The notes under the pieces were generated by a model. That model made no database searches. It saw only the letters and a list, made by a program, of their open reading frames with translations, and was not told the origin of the DNA. A DNA stretch of 64,000 nucleotides from IMG/VR virus record IMGVR_UViG_3300025141_000031; one strand, 5' to 3'. The translations under genes were made by a program, and so were the position numbers. This DNA comes from a virus. Each line of letters starts with the position of its first letter. Within the stretch, counting starts at the first letter, position 1. Positions 19,408-29,210 of the stretch are shown in pieces.

Positions 19408-19947
19408 TTATAAATTCCTTGGTAATTGATATTCTTGATTAACTCCACCACTACGAACTTCAATTAAGTTTAATTTATTTCTTTGTGTTACATGTGCTTC
19501 ACATATTACCGCGACACTATATCCATGTTCATCTACTTGTCCTCTAACAAATCCTAATAATGTAGCAGGATTTCTTCCTCCAAAATATTGTGATGCGCCT
19601 ACTTTATCTATTTCATAATATTCATTATCCCAATTCAATATATCACCTTCTTCTACTATAATTGTTCTATCAACAAGATAATCTCTTGAAAATGCAAATA
19701 TACCAGTCCTAGTAGAATCTAATCCAAAATCTTCTGCAACAATCATTTTATCATCTTTTTGTACTATACATGGAACTACAATTGGATTATAATATTTTTT
19801 TGCAATTGATTCTCCGTAGATATTTTCTCGTGTTTCATCTAATACTAACTTATATAGTTCAATTTCTGTATCTATGATATTAACTATAAGTTCGTTATTA
19901 ATATGTCTTATAAGACTTGCATCTCTTCCTGAACCAAATAATGCCAT
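19408..19947 (-). CDS. Neck / head-closure protein (gp14-like)
   Basis: ENIYGES..K.Y, FG and EGDIL.W...YYEI..V motifs, plus gene position. Confidence 0.7.
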   Translation of the reverse strand: MALFGSGRDASLIRHINNELIVNIIDTEIELYKLVLDETRENIYGESIAKKYYNPIVVPCIVQKDDKMIVAEDFGLDSTRTGIFAFSRDYLVDRTIIVEEGDILNWDNEYYEIDKVGASQYFGGRNPATLLGFVRGQVDEHGYSVAVICEAHVTQRNKLNLIEVRSGGVNQEYQLPRNL

Positions 19948-19950
19948 AAT

Positions 19951-21114
19951 TTACCCTACATATATTTTAAGTGGTATTTTATTCATTTGTTGTTGTAACG
20001 AATCTGCTTCTGCTTGTTTCCTTTCTAACTGCATTTGTCTTGACATTGAATCAAGAATTTCTTTTAATTCTGTTATAAGAGATTCTTTTTCTGATTGTCC
20101 TGCCGATAATAAATCTGCTCCGTTTAATGTCACTTCCGAATTTGGAATTGGAATTGCAGAATATTTACCTCTAATAAATCCGAGCATTTCTTTTGCTAAT
20201 GCTAAAGTGTATTTTCTTATCCATTGTCTACCTGTTGAATTAACATTTGAATAAACTATATCTTCATATGGAACATTTGAATAATCTGATATTGTTCCGG
20301 TATTTCCTTTTAAAGGATTACTACGATCAGCTTTCTTGATATACTGGAAATATATTTTTGTAAATGCACTACCGTCTGGAATTGGCCATACTTGCATTCT
20401 ATCATTTAATATTTGAAATGAATATGCTGATTTTCTTATTTGATCATTAAATTCAATTCCTTGTAATCGTAATACATCTGCATACGCTGGCATCATCATA
20501 AATGATACTCCAGGAGAATAATTACCCCAACTAAATGAATCTAACATTTGTTGAGATCCTAATCCTGTGCCTATAAATGGATCAAAGTATCTTGCTATAG
20601 CAGGTGGTGCTTCATGATATACTCTTTTCAATTCAATTGAATCTGTTCCAGCTGTACCTGATTCTAATGATACTATAGAACTATCTGTTAAGTCATATAT
20701 TTGTTTACTTGATGTAACTGCTAATGAACCAGTATAATATGTTACATTACCTCCACTTCCAGCTTCTGTTCCGTATTCTTCTGCTAATTCTATTAATCCA
20801 CCTAAATTAGATGATACTTTTTGTTGGGTTAAATTACTACCTGTTGAAGCACCGAATAAGTTAACCATATTATCACGAATATTATATGTATTAACTTGAT
20901 TACCATATTCTGTTACAGCTTCTTCAAAGCAAGCAAAGAAATTTATATCCTGTAATTCAATATCAGTTAAAGGATATCCCATTCTCTTAGCACACCAATT
21001 TGCAGTATTATTTGCAGATGATGTAAAAGCATTATCTGTATCGTATAATCCGAATGGGGTACTACCCGCTGAAAATGATGATGACCCTGGCCAAATAGGA
21101 ATTTTTACTGCCAT
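19951..21114 (-). CDS. Neck / head-tail adaptor protein (gp13-like)
   Basis: RMGYP..DIEL and WIRKYTLALAKEMLG.IRGKY..IP.P...VTLNG. Confidence 0.85.
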   Translation of the reverse strand: MAVKIPIWPGSSSFSAGSTPFGLYDTDNAFTSSANNTANWCAKRMGYPLTDIELQDINFFACFEEAVTEYGNQVNTYNIRDNMVNLFGASTGSNLTQQKVSSNLGGLIELAEEYGTEAGSGGNVTYYTGSLAVTSSKQIYDLTDSSIVSLESGTAGTDSIELKRVYHEAPPAIARYFDPFIGTGLGSQQMLDSFSWGNYSPGVSFMMMPAYADVLRLQGIEFNDQIRKSAYSFQILNDRMQVWPIPDGSAFTKIYFQYIKKADRSNPLKGNTGTISDYSNVPYEDIVYSNVNSTGRQWIRKYTLALAKEMLGFIRGKYSAIPIPNSEVTLNGADLLSAGQSEKESLITELKEILDSMSRQMQLERKQAEADSLQQQMNKIPLKIYVG

Positions 21115-21138
21115 AATTTACCTTCTCTCTATTTTAAT

Positions 21139-21146
21139 ATAAATAT
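21139..21146 (-). promoter_or_regulatory. Class-1 (putative late) promoter motif ATATTTAT
   Basis: Upstream of the neck operon. Confidence 0.65.
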
Positions 21147-21160
21147 GGAGAAACGAAAGA

Positions 21161-21685
21161 TTAAAGAGATATTTTGCCTGATGTTAATTGTATCAAGCCT
21201 CTATCTAATGAAGTAGATAATCCTGTATCAGTGATTTCGGAATCATATGATATTACTGCTTGGACATAATCATAATAAATGTCCTCTCCTGCAGCTATAC
21301 TATCCATTTTTAATACAGCCTTAAGACTGTTAGCTTGAGATGCAGTCCAATCAAAACCCCATAAATCTTCACCTTCTCCCCATGTTAATAATGTAGGACT
21401 TCCGGTATTAGTTTCATTACAAGACTTCCAGCTGGTGGTTTCTTCCCCATTCATTATAGCAAATTGCGGCATATTAACACCAGCAGAACCATAACCATAT
21501 GCATATAGTCTTATATCAGTAATAATTGCATCATGTGGAGCATCTAAAGAATCGAAAGCTAATATTATATTTTCTGATGAATCTGTAACTGATTCATTAT
21601 ATACTTTATCATCTGCAGCCCATGCAATGGCTGCATTAATCTCATCATTTACTGCTCCTGTTACATATGAAGTAGATGTTGCCAT
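21161..21685 (-). CDS. Acidic beta-rich virion accessory protein (hypothetical)
   Basis: 174 aa containing WG...DLWG..WT and YYDYVQAVISY. Lies 2 nt after the fibre gene. Confidence 0.65.
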   Translation of the reverse strand: MATSTSYVTGAVNDEINAAIAWAADDKVYNESVTDSSENIILAFDSLDAPHDAIITDIRLYAYGYGSAGVNMPQFAIMNGEETTSWKSCNETNTGSPTLLTWGEGEDLWGFDWTASQANSLKAVLKMDSIAAGEDIYYDYVQAVISYDSEITDTGLSTSLDRGLIQLTSGKISL

Positions 21686-21687
21686 AA

Positions 21688-24201
21688 TTAACTATCAGAA
21701 CTTACTTCTACAGAAATATTAAAATACACTACTCTACCCCCAGTGTCATCTTTAATCATTGTCATTAATATATCACCAGCATTTACCTCAACTGTAGTTG
21801 TTTCATTGATAGTTTTTAATTTATCATTACCTAAAGCTGTCCATGTAACTTCGTCTATTAATACTGGAGCTACATCATTATTATTATCTTCAATTGGCCT
21901 TAATCTAACTAAAGCCAGTTTATGTTCTGCAGATGTTCCATTTGTATGAGCCCAACCTACAATTTTTGTAACAGTTCCTGTTCGAGTTACTATTTGTCCA
22001 CCAGCAAAAAAGAATGTTCTAACACTCATCGCGGTAGTTATTGTAGCGTTATGATCAGCAGTATGTTCTAATGGTGCTTTGGTATCATTCATAGTTTCAG
22101 CATACTCATAAACAGTATCAGCTGTGCTTTGATTAAAACCCATAAAATGATAATTTTGTCTATATAAATTATCAGCAACTATTGTTCCACTTCCGCTTAT
22201 ATTTGAACCTGTTATATTGCCTAAATTTTGTAATGAACTTGATATAGTTCCTGCAGGTGTTAATTCTCCTACTGCATATGTTGTATTTGTATCTGAAACT
22301 GTATTTGTAATTGTTACTGTTCCATCAGCTGTTGTTTCACAAGTAATTCCAGTACCTGCTGTGAACATTAAATCATCACCTTGCGTTATGGTAGTTGCGT
22401 TACTGTCAGTCGTTGCTGATACTGTAAACCCAGACCCCATGGTGTTTGTATCGTCATAATTATCTGCATGTATTGTACCAACACTATTAGTCCAATCTAA
22501 ATGTTCATTTGCTACAAAATTAGTTGTTGCATCATGATCTATTTGGGCAGAACTACTAATGATATTTGAAGCTTCTACTCTACCAAATGAACCTGTACCC
22601 GTTGCTATTATATTTCCACTAGCACTTATATCGCCTGATGCTGTTATATCACCTTTTATTCCATTGGTAGTTGATCCATCTGCTACATTTAGATTACCCC
22701 AAACTTTTAAGGTTCCATGTGGTGTTGAATTTTGTGTTCCATCGGTTGTTGGCCATAAATTAGAACCACTACCTATAGCAACATGATCTGTAAAATAGTT
22801 TAAGTTTTTATTTGATTTTCTTTGAGATGTCCAAATTTGATTTCCTATTTTATCTTTAATCTTAAATTCTACGTCATCCTGTGCATTATTAACTATAATA
22901 GAATGAGATGTTAAAGATATATATGAATTTCCATCAATATTTAGATTAATAGTATCATCACCGATTTCCATCCATTCTTGTAAGGCTGTACCTGTACCAT
23001 CCAACTTGCTTCTAAAAAATATTGATTCATTATTACTGGAAGGTGTTATTGCTGAACCAGGGGCCATTACTAGCCCAGTTGAATAAAGCTTTCCACTTGC
23101 ACTTATATTACCTGATGATGTTATATCTCCAAATAATACATTACTTGAAGTTACTGCAAAACTTCCAGTTTGTGTTTCTAATATATAAGAACCTGTTGTG
23201 GCTAATATTCCTTGTACATCTGAACCACTTGCGAATGAACCTGTTTGAGAATTTACAACAAATGAACCAGTATCTACTTGTAAAACATATCCCGATAAAT
23301 CTTGATCTCCTGTATTAGTACCACTTAAATTAGAACCTCCTATTGTTCCACTTGCACTTATATTTCCTGATGCTGTTATATTACCACTTGCACTTATATC
23401 ATTTGCGTTAATATATCCATTTACATTAAGTCCGGTTGATTTTGTTGTATCACCTTTTAATACATGAAATGAACCTGAATTTGCTGTAACTTGGTTTGAT
23501 TGTATTGTTCCACTTGCACTTATATCATTTGATGCTGTTATTGCACCTATAAATGAGGATTGTCCTGTAAGAGTATGTTTGTTTGTTGATACATTCCCTA
23601 ATATTGCTCTTCCATCGACTCGTAAATCTCCACCAGCTACATGTAATCTTTTTTGTGGTATAGATGTTCCAATTCCTAATTTATCAGACAACAATCTCAT
23701 TCTTTCAGTACCCGATATTGAGAATATAGTACCTCCACTTGATGGGCCATTAAGATATGTAGTTGTACTTGTTGAACCTAAGGCATGACTTGCAAGATCA
23801 TTTGATCTTCCTAGAGTGGATACAGCACCAATATTTCCTATATTCCATGTATATCCATTACTAGTAATTTTAACGGGACTCCCATTTCCCCCCTTTAAAT
23901 GTAAACTACCTGTAAATTTATGTGTATCATTTGTATCATCACCAAATTTGGTTGTTCCTGAGGCTGTTATATTAGTAACTGCTATTGAAGGTGTTCCGTA
24001 TAAACTATTTGCATATGAAGATGTTTCTGCATAAGATGATGAAGTCTCATAATTTACTTCAGTAATTGCATATGAAGCAGTCATCTTTAATGTTGGAACT
24101 AACGATCCAGTTCCATCGTATACTACTCCATCGTCACCGACAGTTAATACTCGTTTATAAGTATCCTGAATATTTTGGCCTGTTAAGTCTGGTAAAGCCA
24201 T
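21688..24201 (-). CDS. Fibre-like structural protein with ITASG/ISASG repeats
   Basis: 837 aa. Repeated G(D/N)I(T/S)ASG units (DNA repeat ccacttgcacttatat), QTGSF repeats and a LGIGT..P..RLHV.G fibre motif. Confidence 0.75.
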   Translation of the reverse strand: MALPDLTGQNIQDTYKRVLTVGDDGVVYDGTGSLVPTLKMTASYAITEVNYETSSSYAETSSYANSLYGTPSIAVTNITASGTTKFGDDTNDTHKFTGSLHLKGGNGSPVKITSNGYTWNIGNIGAVSTLGRSNDLASHALGSTSTTTYLNGPSSGGTIFSISGTERMRLLSDKLGIGTSIPQKRLHVAGGDLRVDGRAILGNVSTNKHTLTGQSSFIGAITASNDISASGTIQSNQVTANSGSFHVLKGDTTKSTGLNVNGYINANDISASGNITASGNISASGTIGGSNLSGTNTGDQDLSGYVLQVDTGSFVVNSQTGSFASGSDVQGILATTGSYILETQTGSFAVTSSNVLFGDITSSGNISASGKLYSTGLVMAPGSAITPSSNNESIFFRSKLDGTGTALQEWMEIGDDTINLNIDGNSYISLTSHSIIVNNAQDDVEFKIKDKIGNQIWTSQRKSNKNLNYFTDHVAIGSGSNLWPTTDGTQNSTPHGTLKVWGNLNVADGSTTNGIKGDITASGDISASGNIIATGTGSFGRVEASNIISSSAQIDHDATTNFVANEHLDWTNSVGTIHADNYDDTNTMGSGFTVSATTDSNATTITQGDDLMFTAGTGITCETTADGTVTITNTVSDTNTTYAVGELTPAGTISSSLQNLGNITGSNISGSGTIVADNLYRQNYHFMGFNQSTADTVYEYAETMNDTKAPLEHTADHNATITTAMSVRTFFFAGGQIVTRTGTVTKIVGWAHTNGTSAEHKLALVRLRPIEDNNNDVAPVLIDEVTWTALGNDKLKTINETTTVEVNAGDILMTMIKDDTGGRVVYFNISVEVSSDS

Positions 24202-24210
24202 TTATAACCC

Positions 24211-24798
24211 CTATTTTGTTTTTGCTAATACGTTCAATACTCCGTTAATAACTTTCGATTTTGACGATTCATTTATTGGTTTGAATTGAGTATATGTAGC
24301 TATAACCTTATTTAATTTATCTTTCTTAATTGAAAGATTTTTTATATTAACATTTTCATGAATTAATAATTTCATTATATTTAATATATGTACTTTTTCT
24401 GCTTCCGTAATTGTTGGTTTTCTATGTTGTTTAACTTTTATAACTTGTACTTTTGGTCCTCTTGTTTCTACAATCGGCGTTTTAGTAGATTGTGATTTTA
24501 TCTCTACAGTTACCTTTTTACTTGCTTGTACCTCAAATGTAGTTTCCCATGGAGTGAAGAATGTATCTTCTGCAATTACTTCTAATTTAATATTTCCTTT
24601 ATTATTTTCATCAATAAGTCCTTTAAGTTTTTTAATCGGAACTTTACATTTTCCATCTGAACTAATAGATCCATTAAACATTAAACTATAATCATTAGTT
24701 TCTACTACTAATCTTGCATTTGAATTAGAAAGACTTGCTCCTTCTATTTTTATATCACATTCAAATAATTCTGCTTTATCTGTAAATAATTTATACAT
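24211..24798 (-). CDS. Hypothetical protein (N-terminal Ig-like/beta domain, C-terminal helical)
   Basis: 195-aa ORF with GGAG SD. Confidence 0.7.
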   Translation of the reverse strand: MYKLFTDKAELFECDIKIEGASLSNSNARLVVETNDYSLMFNGSISSDGKCKVPIKKLKGLIDENNKGNIKLEVIAEDTFFTPWETTFEVQASKKVTVEIKSQSTKTPIVETRGPKVQVIKVKQHRKPTITEAEKVHILNIMKLLIHENVNIKNLSIKKDKLNKVIATYTQFKPINESSKSKVINGVLNVLAKTK

Positions 24799-24799
24799 T

Positions 24800-24958
24800 T
24801 TATTTCTCCATCCAACTATATGGTACTATTTTATTTAATTTCTTTTTACGTTTATCACATCCACAATCTTCACCTATAACTTTTTTTACAACTTTTTTGA
24901 TTCCGGTTGCTTTAGTTATACGTTCAATCGTATCTCCTAAACCTTTATCTTTTTTCAT
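24800..24958 (-). CDS. Small conserved-looking phage protein with CGC motif (52 aa, below ORF-track cut-off)
   Basis: Hand translation: MKKDKGLGDTIERITKATGIKKVVKKVIGEDCGCDKRKKKLNKIVPYSWMEK. ATGA overlap with the upstream stop, and it fills the gap exactly. Confidence 0.85.
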   Translation of the reverse strand: MKKDKGLGDTIERITKATGIKKVVKKVIGEDCGCDKRKKKLNKIVPYSWMEK

Positions 24959-25281
24959 ACTTGTATATTTTCCACTTGTAATTTAACCGATGATTCTTCG
25001 ATTATAGTTTTTATTTCATTTATATGAACATTAATATTCTTTACTTCTTTAGATTCGTTATAAATTGTTATTCCTTTACGTTTCATAATTAATCTAATAA
25101 GTTTCTTTTTCTTCTCAGGATCTAATGCTTCTACTGCTGGTTGAACTAATCCTCCTGAAATTGCTACTGCTACTAGTTCTTGAACTACAGACCAAGTATA
25201 CCTATCTGCTGTACTATCAGTTGGGGCTAAATTCCATTTAAAATCTGCATTTTCCCACTTTATTTTATCTCCTAAAGCCAT
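24955..25281 (-). CDS. Hypothetical protein, probably leaderless transcript
   Basis: 108 aa. ATG only 5 nt after an ATATTTAT motif, with no SD. Confidence 0.7.
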   Translation of the reverse strand: MALGDKIKWENADFKWNLAPTDSTADRYTWSVVQELVAVAISGGLVQPAVEALDPEKKKKLIRLIMKRKGITIYNESKEVKNINVHINEIKTIIEESSVKLQVENIQV

Positions 25282-25286
25282 TTAAT

Positions 25287-25294
25287 ATAAATAT
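25287..25294 (-). promoter_or_regulatory. Class-1 (putative late) promoter motif ATATTTAT
   Basis: Directly after the capsid terminator, 5 nt before an ATG. Confidence 0.65.
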
Positions 25295-25304
25295 GGATAA
25301 ACGT

Positions 25305-25332
25305 AAGAAAGGTGCCTAAAAAGGCACCCTTC
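25305..25332 (-). terminator. Rho-independent terminator after major capsid gene
   Basis: Minus strand GAAGGGTGCCT-TTTT-AGGCACCTTTC then TT. Confidence 0.8.
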
Positions 25333-25372
25333 AAACAATAAATCCTAATAAAATTAGTTATTTAACCAATTC

Positions 25373-27046
25373 TTATATAGTATCTAATCCATCTACATGA
25401 ATTTTACCATAGAATTCTGGTCTTACCATTTTCTTAGCATATCTAGTCATTACACCTTTTCTTGGAGTGAATGATGCTGGATCGTATACTAATGGAGTCA
25501 TGATAAGTGGAATATATGGTGCATAAACTGCTCCAGTTTCAAGGAATTGAGCTCCTCTATATCCCATTAATATAGTATTCTCAGTCATATAAGGATTCTT
25601 ATAAACTTGGAATCTATTATTAATAGCACCAACTTTTTGTACACCCATTGCAAATTGCATTTTGTCACCATCTGTATCAGCTGCATATCCTGGGATTGAT
25701 TCTAGGATAGTTGCTACAGTTGGAGAACATACTAGGAAGTTTGCTCCACCTCTTAAAGTTAATTGGTGAATTTTGTTCGAAACTTTTTGTACTTTTGTAC
25801 CTAAAGTTTGGAACCATGTACCTTGGTTGTAAGCTGCAGAATTACCTGCTGTATTAGCGAATACTGTAGTTGCAGAATTGTACTCATATCCTAGTCTTGC
25901 AGACCAGTAATCAGTTGTTTGAGCATTTTGCATTAACATATCTAATAATTCTAAATCAATTTCTTGCGAAACGTATTCAGATAACATACTAGTTAATTCA
26001 GCTTCAGCATCAATTGAATGATAAGCATTCAAGTCTTGAGCAAATTCTGGAGTCCAGATTGCTTTTAACTTTCTTGTCTTAGCAACAATTGCCTCAGATC
26101 TCATCTCCAAGTTAATTTCTGGAATATCTAAAGTAGATACACTAGTATTAGTTGGAGCTGAAGTATCTTCAAAGTCACCTCTTGAAGTATCACCTGGTTG
26201 TTTTTGATAAGTAACTACCGCATTCTGAATAGCTGGAGTTGCAGCTGCTGCTTTTACAACAAATGTTACTGTCGGAGTTGTACTAGTTTCATCATCTACA
26301 GTAGTAAACTGTGGATAATAAGTACTAATTCCTGAACCAGAAACTTGATAAGCTCTTACACCATTTGTATCTGCTAAATCTGAAGCTCCAAATTTCCAAG
26401 CAAGAGTTTGAATCTGACCGTGTAATACAGAAGCGGCTGCTAATGATGCAGAAAATTCTGCGTCATGGTTTGTTCCAGCTTCAAATGTAGTTTGACTAGC
26501 ATAAGAAGAAGTTACAATGTTAGTTCCAGCAGTACCAGCACCATTTACTAACGTACTAGTTGATGTTTCATTGATAGAATATCCGAATCTACCTGCACCA
26601 TAAAGACCTTCAGTAGCTACTGTGCCACCTTTATTGTCATCTGTTACACCGAATACGGAATCATTTTGTGAATCTTTACCAGAGTTTGTAGTAAATCCTG
26701 GTTGTGCAGTACCATACTTGAAATCTAAGAAGAATACAAGTCCAGATGGTAAGTTCATTGGTTGAACGCTTACAAAATCCTTTGCAGCGATCTCAGCAAA
26801 AATTCTTCTAACTAATGGTAGAGCTACCCCTGACCATTCTTCAGAATTTGCACTAGTTCCAGTTGCGTTAGCTTCTGATACTAATTGTTTTGCTTGGTTT
26901 TCCAATAGAACTGCCATTCCTGACTTTTCATATTCTTTACCTAAACCTTCAAGGAGTCCTGTTCTTTCCCATTTTCTAACTAAACCTGCAGTAGCAGCTT
27001 TTGACTTAGCAACGGAATCATTTGGCATTAATGAATTTATATCCAT
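25373..27046 (-). CDS. gp23: Major capsid protein (T4 gp23-like)
   Basis: LPLVRR, VQPM..PSGLVF, AKTRKLKA.WT.E.AQDL.A.H.IDAEAEL, YAPYIPL and PRKGVMTRYA. Probable maturation site LVSE/A. Confidence 0.98.
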   Translation of the reverse strand: MDINSLMPNDSVAKSKAATAGLVRKWERTGLLEGLGKEYEKSGMAVLLENQAKQLVSEANATGTSANSEEWSGVALPLVRRIFAEIAAKDFVSVQPMNLPSGLVFFLDFKYGTAQPGFTTNSGKDSQNDSVFGVTDDNKGGTVATEGLYGAGRFGYSINETSTSTLVNGAGTAGTNIVTSSYASQTTFEAGTNHDAEFSASLAAASVLHGQIQTLAWKFGASDLADTNGVRAYQVSGSGISTYYPQFTTVDDETSTTPTVTFVVKAAAATPAIQNAVVTYQKQPGDTSRGDFEDTSAPTNTSVSTLDIPEINLEMRSEAIVAKTRKLKAIWTPEFAQDLNAYHSIDAEAELTSMLSEYVSQEIDLELLDMLMQNAQTTDYWSARLGYEYNSATTVFANTAGNSAAYNQGTWFQTLGTKVQKVSNKIHQLTLRGGANFLVCSPTVATILESIPGYAADTDGDKMQFAMGVQKVGAINNRFQVYKNPYMTENTILMGYRGAQFLETGAVYAPYIPLIMTPLVYDPASFTPRKGVMTRYAKKMVRPEFYGKIHVDGLDTI

Positions 27047-27067
27047 TTTTTGTCTCCCTTTTTAATC

Positions 27068-28120
27068 TTAAATAAGTCCAGCTAATTTCTTAAATCTATT
27101 AGCAACCGTAGATCCTTCAGAGATTACTCTTCTGGACGGTCTTGTAGATCTAGAAGCTTTACTTGCATAAGATTCTTTGATTGTTTTTCTTTTCTTTCCA
27201 CCATTTAATCTAAATGATTCAGATAATGTAGCAAATACTAATTTAACTTCTCTCAATGTTTGAGCTCTGTCAAAGTTTTCAATTACTTTCATTTTCTGAC
27301 TTTCATTTAATGAATGGTTTCTAAATAATTTGTTTGAGAATAATAATTTAGCATTTAAAAGATTTACTTCATTTAATTTAGATTTCATAAATCTAATTAC
27401 TTTATAAGCTTCTTCAAGGTCCTTAGCTGCATCACCGTCATCAACACCTGCTGTGTCGTTTTCTTCTACTGGTGCTGCTTCTTCATCGCCTTCTTCTTCT
27501 CTTAAAGCATTAATAATTTCTTCTAAGTCAACATCCTCACCTTCACCTTCAGCTACAGTTTCTTCTTCGTCGCCTTCAGTTTCAGATAATTTGCCTTTGC
27601 CTGGATCTTCTTCATCTTTAGCAGTTGCTGGTTTCATTTTGTTGTCTCCAGTTCCTACACCAGTTGAATTAGATTGTTCAGTTACTTCTTCATCTTCGTC
27701 TTCAGTAACTTCTTCTTCTTCTCCTTCAAGCTCTCGTAAGATTGCTTCAAGTTCAAGATCCTCTTCCTCTTCTGCAACCGGTTCTTCAACTGGTGCTTCT
27801 TCAGGTGCTGGGGCAGCCATCATTTCTTCGTCTTCAGTAACTTCTTCCTCACCATATTCGCCTTCGTTTTCTGCTACTGGTTCATCCATTGCAGGTTCCT
27901 CTACAGGAACTTCTTCTGCTGCTGGTTCATCCATTGGCATCATTTCTTCGTCTTCGGCTACTGGTTCGTCTTCCATTCCTTCTTCTTCAGATAATTTTGC
28001 TGATAACATAGATTGAAGTCTAGGTGTAAATGCTTCTTCTAATGCTAGTTTTGCATTAGCAAGTGCAGTTTCTCGTACGGCTTTCGCGTCTGCAATTGCT
28101 TCTTTCAATAATTTGTTCAT
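27068..28120 (-). CDS. Prohead core / scaffolding protein (gp22-like role)
   Basis: Highly acidic, low-complexity middle with many V/L-x-E sites. Immediately upstream of the capsid gene. Ends RFKKLAGLI. Confidence 0.85.
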   Translation of the reverse strand: MNKLLKEAIADAKAVRETALANAKLALEEAFTPRLQSMLSAKLSEEEGMEDEPVAEDEEMMPMDEPAAEEVPVEEPAMDEPVAENEGEYGEEEVTEDEEMMAAPAPEEAPVEEPVAEEEEDLELEAILRELEGEEEEVTEDEDEEVTEQSNSTGVGTGDNKMKPATAKDEEDPGKGKLSETEGDEEETVAEGEGEDVDLEEIINALREEEGDEEAAPVEENDTAGVDDGDAAKDLEEAYKVIRFMKSKLNEVNLLNAKLLFSNKLFRNHSLNESQKMKVIENFDRAQTLREVKLVFATLSESFRLNGGKKRKTIKESYASKASRSTRPSRRVISEGSTVANRFKKLAGLI

Positions 28121-28152
28121 TGAATTTCTCCTTTAATAAAATTTTTCGGAAA

Positions 28153-28221
28153 TATAGTTATTAGGAACTATAATGTGAATTGTTTGTTAATAGTCAGTGA
28201 CGGTAATATTAGAAATACCGT
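28153..28221 (-). promoter_or_regulatory. Structured 5' leader of scaffold-capsid operon (two hairpins)
   Basis: ACGGTA...TACCGT (28200-28221) and TATAGTT-CCTAAT-AACTATA (28153-28172) within a ~115-nt leader. Confidence 0.5.
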
Positions 28222-28235
28222 ATGTTTAATCATTA

Positions 28236-28243
28236 ATAAATAT
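28236..28243 (-). promoter_or_regulatory. Class-1 (putative late) promoter motif ATATTTAT
   Basis: Upstream of the scaffold/capsid leader. Confidence 0.65.
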
Positions 28244-28322
28244 ATAGAATTATATGTAAAAACCCCACACATATAAGAAAAGTTTTTATTAAATAAAAAA
28301 TCGGTTGTAAAGAGAGGTTATT

Positions 28323-28595
28323 CTATTCTTCTTGAGAATTTATTTGCTGAAAATATTTGGCGTTTTCCATTTGTACACGCCTTTTCGCAGATTTTTTTAT
28401 GAAATATCTTCTTTCTCTAAGCTCTTGTAAAGTTTCTGCATCTTTAAGGCCTTGTTTCCAAAAACGGATTGCAAATCCTATATCACTTACGGTTTTAGTT
28501 TTGCCATTTTTATCTGTGAATTTAGATGTAACGACTGACGCACCTAATGGTGCACCTGGTATATGTGACTGCCAAATTTTGTGTTTTTTGTTCAT
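28323..28595 (-). CDS. rpsU: Phage-encoded ribosomal protein bS21 (divergent, N-terminally extended)
   Basis: DIGFAIRFWKQ.LKD.ETLQELRERRYFIKKSAKRR...AKY matches the bS21 pattern (I..Al..fK......l.elr.R.yf.KpS..rr). Location among head genes is typical of bS21 phages. Confidence 0.85.
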   Translation of the reverse strand: MNKKHKIWQSHIPGAPLGASVVTSKFTDKNGKTKTVSDIGFAIRFWKQGLKDAETLQELRERRYFIKKSAKRRVQMENAKYFQQINSQEE

Positions 28596-28622
28596 GTAAT
28601 TATTTTATGATTATAACTATTA

Positions 28623-28654
28623 TTAATATAAAGAAAATTTTTCAAAGTACCAAA
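28623..28654 (-). promoter_or_regulatory. Class-2 (host-like) promoter upstream of bS21
   Basis: Minus strand TTTG-N20-TATATT, followed by an AU-rich leader with no SD. Confidence 0.65.
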
Positions 28655-28655
28655 T

Positions 28656-29210
28656 TTATCTGTACTTTCTTTCTTCTATGTTAATATCGGTATTTTTAGC
28701 CAATTTAGAGATTTTATTGTGATTCATTTTTTTGAATGCTTTTGCTGATATATTAAGATCTTCTTCTACTTCTTCTTCTTCTTTTAAAGCTTCATTTATC
28801 TTATAATATTTATTCAATGTTCCGCCCATATCTTCATATGCAGATTCTAACCTTTGTTGTAATGTTTGAACTTCATTAGCTGTTTTTGAAAATACTTTAT
28901 AAGCTTCTTTTAATTGCTTCATATGACGGGATGTAGTAACATTATCAAACCAATGTTCTGATTCTTGTAATGTAAGAGCTTCAGCTACTTTAACTATCTC
29001 ACCTAATTGTTCTGTAATTTCTCTTAAGGATTCATTTCTATATATAGATTCACCCATTGAATGATAATTACCAACTGCTTCAGTAAAAGATTTTTTTTGT
29101 TCAGATGTAATTCCTGTTTCTTCTTCTTCACCAAAGTTTTCTGATAGATATTTAGATTTTTTCATTATCATTGATAATAATGCATTTTCGTATTTACTTT
29201 TCTTTGCCAT
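28656..29210 (-). CDS. Hypothetical head-region protein (coiled coil, LxE sites)
   Basis: 184 aa with YLSE/N and KINE/A. Stop/start overlap with the upstream gene. Confidence 0.75.
   Translation of the reverse strand: MAKKSKYENALLSMIMKKSKYLSENFGEEEETGITSEQKKSFTEAVGNYHSMGESIYRNESLREITEQLGEIVKVAEALTLQESEHWFDNVTTSRHMKQLKEAYKVFSKTANEVQTLQQRLESAYEDMGGTLNKYYKINEALKEEEEVEEDLNISAKAFKKMNHNKISKLAKNTDINIEERKYR

Noticed and set aside
28244-28322. Possible tRNA or ncRNA in the larger intergenic gaps
   Set aside because: No cloverleaf, T-loop GTTC motif or stable stem was seen. The gaps are short and AT-rich.
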